Source: Candidatus Iainarchaeum sp. (GTDB lineage Archaea > Iainarchaeota > Iainarchaeia > Iainarchaeales > DTGL01). Taken from it: a stretch of 64,000 nucleotides of DNA. Position 1 is the stretch's first letter, and every line of letters starts with the position of its first letter. The notes under the pieces are model-generated. The model saw nothing but the letters and a program-made list of their open reading frames with translations. It made no database searches and was not told the origin of the DNA. This document shows, one piece after another, positions 8,693 to 17,883 of the stretch. The DNA is taken from NCBI GenBank assembly GCA_026413945.1, contig JAOAJX010000001.1, positions 1 to 64,000 of the forward strand. Reading direction: 5' to 3'. The translations under genes and the position numbers were made by a program.

Positions 8693-10801
8693 ATGCCAAC
8701 GTTAGAGTTTGAAGAATCAACTTTCGGCAGTGAAAACATCTATGTAGAAAAGTTCAAGAGATTTTTTGAGCTGAATTATAAAAAAGAGATTGAAGACTGC
8801 ATTGAAAATTACCCTGAAAAACGCTCTTTGGCCGTAGATTTTGCTTTGCTTGAAAAGTTTGATTATGTGCTTGCAGATGAACTTATAGAAAATCCAGATG
8901 TTGTAATAGATAGTGCAAAGCAAGCATTGCGTGGCTTTTCGTTCACAACATTGGAAACTAAAGAAATAAGCATAAATATAAGATTTTTTAATTTTCCAGA
9001 AACAAACAGAATACTTCTTCGCAATATTTCAGCAACTCATCTTAACAAGATGATATGTGTGGAGGGTGTTATTAAACAGATTACAGATGTTCTTCCTAAG
9101 TTAAAGGTTGCTACTTGGAAATGCAACAGGTGTGGCAACACATACAAAATATTCCAAACAGGCCAAAGTGTTTCAGAGCCGGTTTTTTGTGAAAATTGCA
9201 GACACCGTGATTTTTCCCTATTTGAAGAGGAATCAGAGTTTCTAGATTATCAAAAAATGCAGATTCAAGAACCATTGGAGGTGCTTAAGGGTAGCGAACA
9301 GCCAACTTCATTAGACGTTTACCTTGCGGATGATATAGTAAACAAAGCACTTCCGGGGGATAGTGTTATTCTTGTTGGCATTCTACGACTCTCCCCAACC
9401 AAAAAGGGAAAGCCGATATTTGGGCGTTATCTTGAGTGTATTTACGTGGAGCAGAAGCAACGCGAATTCGAAGAAATTACTGTAACAGCTGCTGATGAGA
9501 AAAAGATAAAAGAACTTGCAAAAGATCCGCAAATTTATGAAAAGCTTATTCAAAGCATAGCCCCAAGCATTTATGGGCATGAGGATGTGAAGGAAGCAAT
9601 AGCATTGCAGCTCTTTGGCGGAGTGAAAAAAATTTTGCCGACGCAGCAGATAAGAGGAAATATACACATTCTTCTTGTTGGTGATCCGGGTGTTGCAAAA
9701 TCACAGATGCTTACATCGGCAAATGCCATAGCACCAAAAAGCATATATGTTGGGGGCAAAACTACTAGTGGAGTTGGTCTTACTGCAACAGCAGTGAAGG
9801 ATGAATTTGGTGAAGGTGCTTGGACTCTCAAGGCAGGAGCATTAGTGCTTGCAAGCGGTGGCATTGCGATGGTTGACGAGCTTGACAAGATGCCGGCCGA
9901 CGAAAGGGTTGCGCTGCATGAAGCGATGGAACAAAGCACAGTAAGTGTTGCTAAAGCTGGGATCATAACAAGATTTAAGACAGACACGAGCATACTTGCT
10001 GCTGCAAACCCAAAATTCTCGAGGTTTGAAAACTATGAACCACTTGTAAACCAGATTGATTTGCCGCCGACTCTTATTTCAAGATTTGACTTATTCTTTC
10101 TTATAAGAGATGTTCTTGACAAAACAAAAGATACTGAGATAGCAAATTTCATACTTAAGACACACAGGGCTGGTGAGAAGCTCTCTAAGGTTAAAATGCA
10201 TGGCAGGGGCATAAGAAAATTGGGTTCGGAAAAGATTGGGGATCTTGCAATGCCGGCAATAGAGCCGGAGCTTTTGAGGAAGTACATTTCATATGCGAGG
10301 CAGCATATATTCCCAGAACTTTCAGATGAAGCGATAAATGCTATATCGGATTTCTATGTGAAGCTTCGTGAAAAAGGGCGTGAAGAAGGCGCATATACAG
10401 CAACGCATAGGCAACTTGAAGGCTTAGTGCGCCTCAGCGAAGCCTCAGCAAGGGTTCGACTTAGCAATGTAGTGGAAAAACAAGACGCTGAAAGGGCAAT
10501 AAGGCTTCTAAAGCGCTCACTTAAGGACGTTGTAACTGATCCTGAGACTGGGAAGATAGATATAGATCTAATACTTGCCGGTCAAACTCATACTCAGCTA
10601 GAAAACATGCACAAAGTGCTTGCAATAATAAAGGAAAAATCAAAAGGTGGAGAGTCAGTGCCAATTGATGTTTTGGTAAGTGAAGCTGCTCAAGCTGGTA
10701 TAAGCTCTGAAAAGCTTGACGAAATCATTAACAAGCTCGAAAAGAAAGGGGAGATTTACAGACCTAGGCACAATCTAGTTAAGCCGACGCAAAAGGATTA
10801 A
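8693..10801 (+). CDS. mcm: MCM replicative helicase
   Basis: C4 Zn finger, Walker A GDPGVAKS, VDELDKM, AAANP, SRFD arginine finger, C-terminal wH. Confidence 0.97.
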   Translation: MPTLEFEESTFGSENIYVEKFKRFFELNYKKEIEDCIENYPEKRSLAVDFALLEKFDYVLADELIENPDVVIDSAKQALRGFSFTTLETKEISINIRFFNFPETNRILLRNISATHLNKMICVEGVIKQITDVLPKLKVATWKCNRCGNTYKIFQTGQSVSEPVFCENCRHRDFSLFEEESEFLDYQKMQIQEPLEVLKGSEQPTSLDVYLADDIVNKALPGDSVILVGILRLSPTKKGKPIFGRYLECIYVEQKQREFEEITVTAADEKKIKELAKDPQIYEKLIQSIAPSIYGHEDVKEAIALQLFGGVKKILPTQQIRGNIHILLVGDPGVAKSQMLTSANAIAPKSIYVGGKTTSGVGLTATAVKDEFGEGAWTLKAGALVLASGGIAMVDELDKMPADERVALHEAMEQSTVSVAKAGIITRFKTDTSILAAANPKFSRFENYEPLVNQIDLPPTLISRFDLFFLIRDVLDKTKDTEIANFILKTHRAGEKLSKVKMHGRGIRKLGSEKIGDLAMPAIEPELLRKYISYARQHIFPELSDEAINAISDFYVKLREKGREEGAYTATHRQLEGLVRLSEASARVRLSNVVEKQDAERAIRLLKRSLKDVVTDPETGKIDIDLILAGQTHTQLENMHKVLAIIKEKSKGGESVPIDVLVSEAAQAGISSEKLDEIINKLEKKGEIYRPRHNLVKPTQKD

Positions 10802-10820
10802 AAAAGCCACAAGCGATTTT

Positions 10821-11195
10821 TTAAATACCTGCTTGATCAACACGCACCGTGCAACCATCACATAACTCTAAATCATTTAGAATATTCTCTTTTGCAGTTA
10901 GATTGTTTTCGAGTTGGGTTCCAATACGACTTCCGCCAACGCTTATGTGAACCTCGCCATTTCTATCTTTCCATTCTCCCGCATAATATATGCTCTCAAC
11001 GAAATAGAAATTAGATTGCCTGCTAAACTCCTTTAAGGTTTCGCTTCGCATAATTGCAAATGTGCTAGTACTGGCCGAAATTGCTGGAAGCTTTGAGAGT
11101 GTTGAAATAGAAATGGTTATTACGACAGCAACAATTATTATAATCTCAAATGATGATTGGGCTTTTTTTTCATTATAAGTTAGTCCTTTGCTCAT
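10821..11195 (-). CDS. Class III signal peptide protein (minor pilin)
   Basis: KKA|QSSFE plus hydrophobic helix; last gene of the pilus operon. Confidence 0.8.
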   Translation of the reverse strand: MSKGLTYNEKKAQSSFEIIIIVAVVITISISTLSKLPAISASTSTFAIMRSETLKEFSRQSNFYFVESIYYAGEWKDRNGEVHISVGGSRIGTQLENNLTAKENILNDLELCDGCTVRVDQAGI

Positions 11196-11819
11196 TTAAG
11201 GCCCACCTGGTGGCTGTGGTGGCTGCGCTTGCAGTGACACAGTGGATGTGAGTGTTGTTAAGTAATGTTTTGTTATTGAGACTTTTACTTTTTTAACATA
11301 GCTTCCTTCAATGCAATCTCCGCTTGCCCCATTACAAGAGCAATTTCCTGAAGAGCTGTCGCAAAGTTTAAAATTATCACATTCAATGCTTAACGAGGAT
11401 GACGCTGGGAAATGTAAAAGCTCACCACCCTCACAGCCTTGTTGGTATGATGCTTGGTTACAGCCAGAGCCAACTGTAACTGAACCTTCTTTTATCTCTG
11501 TAACCCTTGCACTTGACTGAAAAGGAACTCTGAAATATATTCTTTTGTTTGTTTCATCGCAATGCAGTGTTATATTGTCGTCCAAAAAAATCCAAACTGT
11601 TCTTTGGCTCTCACCGGTTGCTGATGCAACCTCACTTACAGCATTTGCGATCTGTTTTACAGCCAATCTTGCTTGACCAATCCTGTGTAAGCCTAATACG
11701 CTATTCTGCGTCTCGACGAATGCTGGATAAACAACACCGTGAATTATTACTAATATTATCAAAAAAAGGAAAAGAAATTCAATGGATGTCTGACCTTTTC
11801 CATTTAAATTAAAGACCAT
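11196..11819 (-). CDS. Class III signal peptide protein (minor pilin), Cys-rich, Pro-rich tail
   Basis: GKG|QTSIEFLFLFLIILVII; C-terminus QPPQPPGGP. Confidence 0.85.
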   Translation of the reverse strand: MVFNLNGKGQTSIEFLFLFLIILVIIHGVVYPAFVETQNSVLGLHRIGQARLAVKQIANAVSEVASATGESQRTVWIFLDDNITLHCDETNKRIYFRVPFQSSARVTEIKEGSVTVGSGCNQASYQQGCEGGELLHFPASSSLSIECDNFKLCDSSSGNCSCNGASGDCIEGSYVKKVKVSITKHYLTTLTSTVSLQAQPPQPPGGP

Positions 11820-12763
11820 ATAATGTCACCAAAAATATTCAGCAGAATATAGGCAAAAAGTATCGCGGGGACCATTGGAACAGACTCTTTAACAAGAATG
11901 CTGTCCTCGAGTTTGTTTTTAGATACTAGTTTTTTTAATTCATTTATCTCTTCGTCAGTAACGCCCCTGGCATTTAGTGGACTTACTATTTCTTTTTCAA
12001 CTTTAGCCATCTCAGTTTTCTTCATAGCCATATAATTGATAAGCATTCCTATATTAAAATGTTTTTCTCTCACTGCTTTACCGTTGACAAGCTTTATGGT
12101 TTCACCAACAATATCCCCTTCCTTTAATTCAGTTATCTTCTTTTCTTTTATAAGTAAAACCCTTGCCAAAGGCATACTCGCTATCAGAATTGCCGAAAAA
12201 ATGAATAGAAATATTGTTAATGCTGCGCCTGCGTCGAGACCAAGAAAAAAAGCAATAAGTGGCAAGATAATCGAAAGGGCAATTAAGGAAATTATCTTCT
12301 CCCTCATTCTTTTTTCAGCACACTTTAGCATTATTAATAGAGATATGGGGAACATTGAAAATATTGTAAAGATAAAAAGTTCAAAAGGAAAAAGAGGGAA
12401 AACTCTATAAGTTCTTTGCAAAAAATAAATGTCATTATTGGATATGAGTGCAAAAACGTTTGGATTAACTGGATTGAGCGCAGCAATAGCTGAGAAAAGC
12501 TTTACATCACCGCCAGCCCAAAATCCGAGCTTATATAGAATGTAACTAAAAAGAAAGGTGTATATAAGTGCAAAAACGGAGTAGAGAAAAGGCGTTGTGG
12601 TTTGCAGATACACTGAAAAAAAGATATGCAGTAGAAGACCTGAAAGTGCAAGCAAAAAGCAAAGCTTATTGCTCACAATCCTTTCTTTCAAATCAGTATA
12701 TGAAGCTATTAGAAGACCTGAAAAGGAAAAAATGAAAACTAATAATGGTAGATAAAATAACAT
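11804..12763 (-). CDS. Prepilin peptidase, A24 family (EppA/PibD-like)
   Basis: SYTDLKERIVSN, WAGGDVKL aspartyl motifs, C-terminal VPMVPAI, extra TM segments. Confidence 0.92.
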   Translation of the reverse strand: MLFYLPLLVFIFSFSGLLIASYTDLKERIVSNKLCFLLALSGLLLHIFFSVYLQTTTPFLYSVFALIYTFLFSYILYKLGFWAGGDVKLFSAIAALNPVNPNVFALISNNDIYFLQRTYRVFPLFPFELFIFTIFSMFPISLLIMLKCAEKRMREKIISLIALSIILPLIAFFLGLDAGAALTIFLFIFSAILIASMPLARVLLIKEKKITELKEGDIVGETIKLVNGKAVREKHFNIGMLINYMAMKKTEMAKVEKEIVSPLNARGVTDEEINELKKLVSKNKLEDSILVKESVPMVPAILFAYILLNIFGDIIWSLI

Positions 12764-12847
12764 TATGACACCTGAATGCCGCTACATTTATTTATGCAAA
12801 GAAATTAAATTTAATTCGGATTTGGCAATTATAGTTAAAGCATAAGA

Positions 12848-13018
12848 TTAGCGCATTAATGATTGCAGCAGTGAGCTTTGCATCTTTAGAACTTCGGTTC
12901 TGAGGTTGTCAGCAATGATTTCAATATAGACTACTAAAACTGTTCCTGCAACCACTAATGCAATTACAAAAGCAAGCAAAGTGAGATAATCAAATGAGAC
13001 CTGTGCTTTTTTATTCAT
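12848..13018 (-). CDS. Mini pilin, 56 aa (not in ORF track)
   Basis: MNKKA|QVSFDYLTLLAFVIALVVAGTVLVVYIEIIADNLRTEVLKMQSSLLQSLMR; TGATG coupling to the upstream gene; GGAGG RBS. Confidence 0.8.
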   Translation of the reverse strand: MNKKAQVSFDYLTLLAFVIALVVAGTVLVVYIEIIADNLRTEVLKMQSSLLQSLMR

Positions 13019-13188
13019 CAATTCCCTCCTTGAAGAAGTTTCCTTCTTATCTCTGATGTCTCTCGTTCCATATTAAGTGAGAGATTAATGAGATGGACTA
13101 CTATGGCTGATATGGCAAGGCCTAAAGAAAGAACAAAAGAAAGCATAATCAAATAATCGGTGGCTACTTGTGCCTTATTCTCCATCAT
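13018..13188 (-). CDS. Mini pilin, 56 aa (not in ORF track)
   Basis: MMENKA|QVATDYLIMLSFVLSLGLAISAIVVHLINLSLNMERETSEIRRKLLQGGN. Confidence 0.8.
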   Translation of the reverse strand: MMENKAQVATDYLIMLSFVLSLGLAISAIVVHLINLSLNMERETSEIRRKLLQGGN

Positions 13189-13214
13189 TTATCAGCCGGC
13201 ATGTAACCTTAACT

Positions 13215-13496
13215 TTAACTACAACTGCTGGGAACATCAACGGCAACGCATCTGTTGTTTTGCCAAGCGCAATCTTTAACGTTGTCATTGTCGAGATCTG
13301 GACCTAATGTGCTTCCTTGGCACAAGTTCTCATTTGGTTTCGCACTGCATGTGGCTTCAAAAATTGTCTTATCATTCTCGCACTGCTGTTTTCCTGCAGT
13401 TGGCAAAATAACTGTAATAACCAAAAGCACAACAACCATTGCTGCTCCTATTAGGATTAGGTATTCCAATGCACCTTGACCTTTCTCATATGCCAT
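13215..13496 (-). CDS. Class III signal peptide pilin with 6-Cys C-terminal domain (candidate major pilin)
   Basis: EKG|QGALEYLILIGAA; strong AAGGAGGT RBS. Confidence 0.88.
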   Translation of the reverse strand: MAYEKGQGALEYLILIGAAMVVVLLVITVILPTAGKQQCENDKTIFEATCSAKPNENLCQGSTLGPDLDNDNVKDCAWQNNRCVAVDVPSSCS

Positions 13497-13522
13497 TTTC
13501 TTACCTCCTTTTTATACAAACA

Positions 13523-13681
13523 TTAAGGTGTGGGTGTATGCTCAGCAGTCCTCTTTATCTCACCACCAACTGTTTTCGTGGTATTTTTAAGATAAATCCC
13601 AACAATTGTTGCTGTCATAACTGCTCCACCCAATATCAGCAAATACTCAAGAGATGTCTGTGCGCGCTTTTCCTTCAACAT
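13523..13681 (-). CDS. Mini pilin, 52 aa (not in ORF track)
   Basis: MLKEKRA|QTSLEYLLILGGAVMTATIVGIYLKNTTKTVGGEIKRTAEHTPTP; GGAGGTGA RBS. Confidence 0.85.
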   Translation of the reverse strand: MLKEKRAQTSLEYLLILGGAVMTATIVGIYLKNTTKTVGGEIKRTAEHTPTP

Positions 13682-13686
13682 CCTAT

Positions 13687-14688
13687 TCACCTCCCAAAGA
13701 ATAATGATGTAAGCACAAATGACAAGTAATATATCAAATATGCAATAAATAAGAAGAATGGGATATATATAAAGCTTTTGCTGATAGTTCCATCTCTTAT
13801 CATCGCTACCATAAAGCTAGCAGCAGTTGCTTCAATTATAATATATGCGATTAGAAGAATCATAAGTGCATTGCTTACACATCCCCAGTAACCTTTGTAA
13901 TCAACACCCGTCGGGGTTATGAAGTGATTTGCATTACAAAAGAAACTGCTGTCTAAACTGCCAACTTGTGTAGGCATGGCACTTACCGCTTTTATTGTCT
14001 GCGTTAATAGGAAATTGACTATTGAAGTTATGAGCCCAAGAATTAATGGTGCTACAAGAACTCCAGCAACAACCATAAAAAGAACCTGCATCGTTGTGCT
14101 GCTTTTCCTTTCTCTTGTTATTCTGTGGGTTGCTCTTACATCATCGGCAATCTCATCCAGTATATCGGCCAAACTTGCGCCTGCTGATATTGAATCGAGT
14201 ATAATATCTACGGCCCTTTTTATAACCCTGCTATTAACATTGTATGCAAAGTTCTTTAGTGCATTTGATAGGTTCTCGCCTTCCTCCAGGCGCCTCAGTA
14301 CAAGTGCTATTTCATAAGTAAGAGGGCCATATTCAGCGGAGCTGACTGTACGTAAAGCATATTCAAATGTGCCTCCTGCTTTTAGCGTATCAGCCATTTG
14401 TCTGAAAGCATCAGGCAAGAACTCCTCCATTTTTGCTATTCTTCTTACTGACATAAGGTATGGGTAAGTTATCATTAGATCTATGACTGCGATGAAAAGC
14501 AAAAAGGATATTATTGCAGCATGTATTTTGCCTATTTTTATAACCTCAAACTCACCGAGTAAAAGCCAAGCCACAATACCTAAGCAAATAGAAAGAACTA
14601 TAGATATGATAAGCCACTTAGTTGGGCTGATAAAGAAATGTATCTCTCTTAGATATTCCTTATACGTTAACCAAGCATTTCTTATCAT
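13687..14688 (-). CDS. Type IV pilus platform membrane protein (T2SSF/TadC-like)
   Basis: EEFLPDAFRQMADTLKAG..YGPLT.EI, GASLADILDEIADD; multi-TM. Confidence 0.9.
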   Translation of the reverse strand: MIRNAWLTYKEYLREIHFFISPTKWLIISIVLSICLGIVAWLLLGEFEVIKIGKIHAAIISFLLFIAVIDLMITYPYLMSVRRIAKMEEFLPDAFRQMADTLKAGGTFEYALRTVSSAEYGPLTYEIALVLRRLEEGENLSNALKNFAYNVNSRVIKRAVDIILDSISAGASLADILDEIADDVRATHRITRERKSSTTMQVLFMVVAGVLVAPLILGLITSIVNFLLTQTIKAVSAMPTQVGSLDSSFFCNANHFITPTGVDYKGYWGCVSNALMILLIAYIIIEATAASFMVAMIRDGTISKSFIYIPFFLFIAYLIYYLSFVLTSLFFGR

Positions 14689-14696
14689 ATCTCCAC

Positions 14697-15806
14697 CTAA
14701 GCGTGAGGTTGCATTGACCTTATAAGCGTGAAAACCATTATAAGCAATAGTGGCATCAACATAAGGTAAAATATTGCCAACATATCAATACCCAATGGTA
14801 GCATTGATAGTGTGAACTTTCCGCTAACAGCAGATATTGGAGAATTTCTTATTGCTCCAAGTATTGCTATGACAACTGGAAAAACTATTGCAAAGAATAT
14901 AAATAAAACACCGATGAAATTCATTTTTTGGCCAAATTCTTGCATGTTTGACCTTAGCTGAAAAGCTACATCTTCGGCAATTTCATTCATTACGTTTGAA
15001 AGGTTCCCACCGGTTTTTATGGCTCGTATAGTGTGCATCATTGCATTCTTAAGTGCAACAGATTTTGTGCGCAAGGCTAAGCGCCTTAATGCCTCTTGAG
15101 TATCCATTCCCTCTTCAATCTCGGTTATTGTCCTAGCAAATTCTTCGCTTAAGGGCCCGTAATCCGCTTTAGCGACAGCTTGCAGGGTTCTATAGAGCCC
15201 TATACCTGCGCTTAACTGTGTTGCTATGTGACGCAGGGCAAAAGGAAGCTCCATGCTTATTGCCTTTCCGCGTGATTTAGCACGAAACTTAGGAATCATT
15301 AATGTTATCACACCAGTAAAAAAAGAAAAAACAAAACTGAGTACAAGAACTAGTGGTATCATTGAAGTAGTAATTTTAAAAAGTGATAGAAAACCAAGGC
15401 CTGCAAAAAATACTGCAAAAAACATAAAAAATGACACAGCACTTGATATGATAAGCCACTGCCTTGCAGATAGTTTCATATTTGCAGAATATAGCTCGGC
15501 ATCAAGTGCTTGAGCAAAAGGCGAAATGGAAAATATTTTGGCCGCTAGGTCAAGGAAGCCTCGAAGTGGCCCAGTGTATGTTTTACCTACAAAGCTTAAA
15601 AACTTCGATTCGTGTTCTTTGAGGTCTTCTGGCCTTTGAACCTCAATGGTACTTACCTTGCCTTCAGTGATCAACGAAGTGAGCTCTGTTTTTTGGCCTG
15701 GCGTAACCTCAATGCCTTCTGAAGCATACTTTTTTTTCATTTTTTCAACTATTGCGTCAACTTTTTCCATATCGTGCAATTCTGGTTTATCTTTCTTTAT
15801 AGGCAT
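14697..15806 (-). CDS. Type IV pilus platform membrane protein (T2SSF/TadB-like)
   Basis: ELPFALRHIATQLSAGIG..YGPLSEEF, TGGNLSNVMNEIAEDV. Confidence 0.9.
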   Translation of the reverse strand: MPIKKDKPELHDMEKVDAIVEKMKKKYASEGIEVTPGQKTELTSLITEGKVSTIEVQRPEDLKEHESKFLSFVGKTYTGPLRGFLDLAAKIFSISPFAQALDAELYSANMKLSARQWLIISSAVSFFMFFAVFFAGLGFLSLFKITTSMIPLVLVLSFVFSFFTGVITLMIPKFRAKSRGKAISMELPFALRHIATQLSAGIGLYRTLQAVAKADYGPLSEEFARTITEIEEGMDTQEALRRLALRTKSVALKNAMMHTIRAIKTGGNLSNVMNEIAEDVAFQLRSNMQEFGQKMNFIGVLFIFFAIVFPVVIAILGAIRNSPISAVSGKFTLSMLPLGIDMLAIFYLMLMPLLLIMVFTLIRSMQPHA

Positions 15807-17807
15807 TCAGCGACCACCCGAATCTTTTGACTCTAAGAAATCCTGCATTGATTTTGAAGTTTCTTTTATGCCTTTAATATTTTTCTTCACTAATAACTGC
15901 AAGAAATTTTTTCTTCGACTAATTTCTTTCTCTATCTGCTGCACGGTTATACCAGATAATCTACTAAGTTCTTTTAAATATTCGCAAGGTACTTCAGTTC
16001 TTATAATATCATCTTTAGCAGCATCCCATTGGAAGAGCGCTTCTGTTTGTGGTTTTCCTTCAAGTATGCCTGAAACCTCTGAAAGCTCAGTTACACGCCT
16101 TATAGTACCTTTTTTCTTATCGTGAAGCCTGTGCTCAATGATTATGAAATTAAGTCCTGAAAGCATTACTTGAGGAACACTCATCGGCGGGCTCGTTACC
16201 CTAATTATAGTTTCCTGTGATGAATTCGCATGAACTGTGCCCATCGAACCGTCGTGACCAGTATTCATTGCAGTGAAAAGCGTAAATGCTTCTTGGTGCC
16301 TTATCTCACCGACTATGATCCTGTCGGGCCTCATACGAAGTGAATTTTTTGTGAGTATGTCCATTGTGAGTTCTCCGCGACCCTCCAAGCCGGGAGGCCT
16401 TGCTTCAAATCGTATCCAATGTTCCATCGGAAGGTTTAATTCTGCAGTATCTTCTATTGAAATTATCCTTTCTGTTGGAGGAACAAATGAGGCAAGAACA
16501 TTAAGCAACGTTGTTTTTCCGCTTCCTGTGCCACCAGCAATCAATATGTTTGCTGGTCTGGTGCTTAAGCCTTCAACAGCAAGCCATAGGAACGCGGCAA
16601 GATCGTAACTAACTGTTTTGAAGTTCAACAAGTCAACTATTGTGAATGGATCTTCCCTAAACTTCCTTATAGTTAAAGTTGGTCCAGATAGTGAGGCAGG
16701 TGGTATTGTAGCATTAACCCTTGAGCCATCAGGCAATCTTGCATCTAGCAATGGATTTGAAAAGTCAACCCTCCTACCAACTTCCCTAGCTATTTTATTT
16801 ATAAGGTCTATAAGCTCACTTTCTGAGAAAAACTCTATGTTTGTTTTCATCATTTCGTAATCTCTATGAAAAACGTAAACTGGTTTTTTAACGCCTATTG
16901 CCATAATTTCTTCAAGCCGGTCATCTTTGAGAAGCTCATCAATTAGCCCATACCCAACCATTTCGCGCACAATAGCATCAGTATAAAAGTCAATCTTTCC
17001 CTTAGGGATATTTATTTCGGGTGATGACTCAATAATATCTCTAATTCTTTGCTTGTAGACAGCTCTTCTCTGCTCAGGATCCCTTATCTTGTATGGCTCA
17101 ATTGTAATCAGCCGTGTGGCTGCTTCCCTTATTATCCTTATAGTTCGCTTTTCGCTTTCGGTTGGCTTTGGTACAGGCACAAAGTAGTAAAGGTGCTTTT
17201 GCCCAGGGACTCTGTAAATCTTAACATTGCCATAGGCTTCTACTTCTATATTTTCAGCGCCGGCCATGTCTTTCTCCGCGGAAGTTAATTCTTCGGAGAA
17301 AGTATCGACGTCAGGAATTGACAATGAATCTGTAGGTTTCTTATCTGGTTTTGAAATTTCGGTGATCTTTTCTTTAGATATACCAGCACTGATTAATTTT
17401 TTCTCGAAGTCTTCTTCACCCGGCGGTATTTCAGCTGGGCTAAAATCAAGGTCTTGCTCATCAAAAATGCCTTTTGGTGGTGCTTCCTCTTTTTTTTCTT
17501 GCATTATTGTTTCTCTGAGGTGCTCCTTTATTTTACTTAAGTTTTCCTTCATCTGCGTTGTATCTTCTGTATTATAAGAGCCACTTGCGAACTCATCCAG
17601 AACATTACTCTTCTTTTTTGTTGTGGTGGTGCGTTGCGATGCTTTATTAACTTCTTCCCTCGGCACTTCTGATGAAGAGCCGAGCATATCATCAGTTGGA
17701 ATGTCAAAATCTTGCCTTTTGAGTTGACTCGCCCATTCGTCATCGGTGCTTTTTCCAGAATCTTTCTTGGCTTTTTCAATGAGGTCTTTCAGATAATTTG
17801 TGGGCAT
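15807..17807 (-). CDS. Type IV pilus assembly ATPase (CpaF/TadA/VirB11 family) with long acidic N-terminal extension
   Basis: DARLPDGSRVNA, GGTGSGKTT, SIEDTAEL, LRMRPDRIIVGEIR, MNTGHDG. Confidence 0.95.
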   Translation of the reverse strand: MPTNYLKDLIEKAKKDSGKSTDDEWASQLKRQDFDIPTDDMLGSSSEVPREEVNKASQRTTTTKKKSNVLDEFASGSYNTEDTTQMKENLSKIKEHLRETIMQEKKEEAPPKGIFDEQDLDFSPAEIPPGEEDFEKKLISAGISKEKITEISKPDKKPTDSLSIPDVDTFSEELTSAEKDMAGAENIEVEAYGNVKIYRVPGQKHLYYFVPVPKPTESEKRTIRIIREAATRLITIEPYKIRDPEQRRAVYKQRIRDIIESSPEINIPKGKIDFYTDAIVREMVGYGLIDELLKDDRLEEIMAIGVKKPVYVFHRDYEMMKTNIEFFSESELIDLINKIAREVGRRVDFSNPLLDARLPDGSRVNATIPPASLSGPTLTIRKFREDPFTIVDLLNFKTVSYDLAAFLWLAVEGLSTRPANILIAGGTGSGKTTLLNVLASFVPPTERIISIEDTAELNLPMEHWIRFEARPPGLEGRGELTMDILTKNSLRMRPDRIIVGEIRHQEAFTLFTAMNTGHDGSMGTVHANSSQETIIRVTSPPMSVPQVMLSGLNFIIIEHRLHDKKKGTIRRVTELSEVSGILEGKPQTEALFQWDAAKDDIIRTEVPCEYLKELSRLSGITVQQIEKEISRRKNFLQLLVKKNIKGIKETSKSMQDFLESKDSGGR

Positions 17808-17883
17808 CAGGCATTACCGAAATAAAAAACGCTTTACTAATATTTAAACATTACGCATTGGCTTTTTTAGAAAACATAAAAAT

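Noticed and set aside
13687-17807. Archaellum (arl/fla) operon
   Set aside because: No archaellin, ArlF/G or adjacent ArlH; two short platform genes and Q+1 pilins indicate a pilus.
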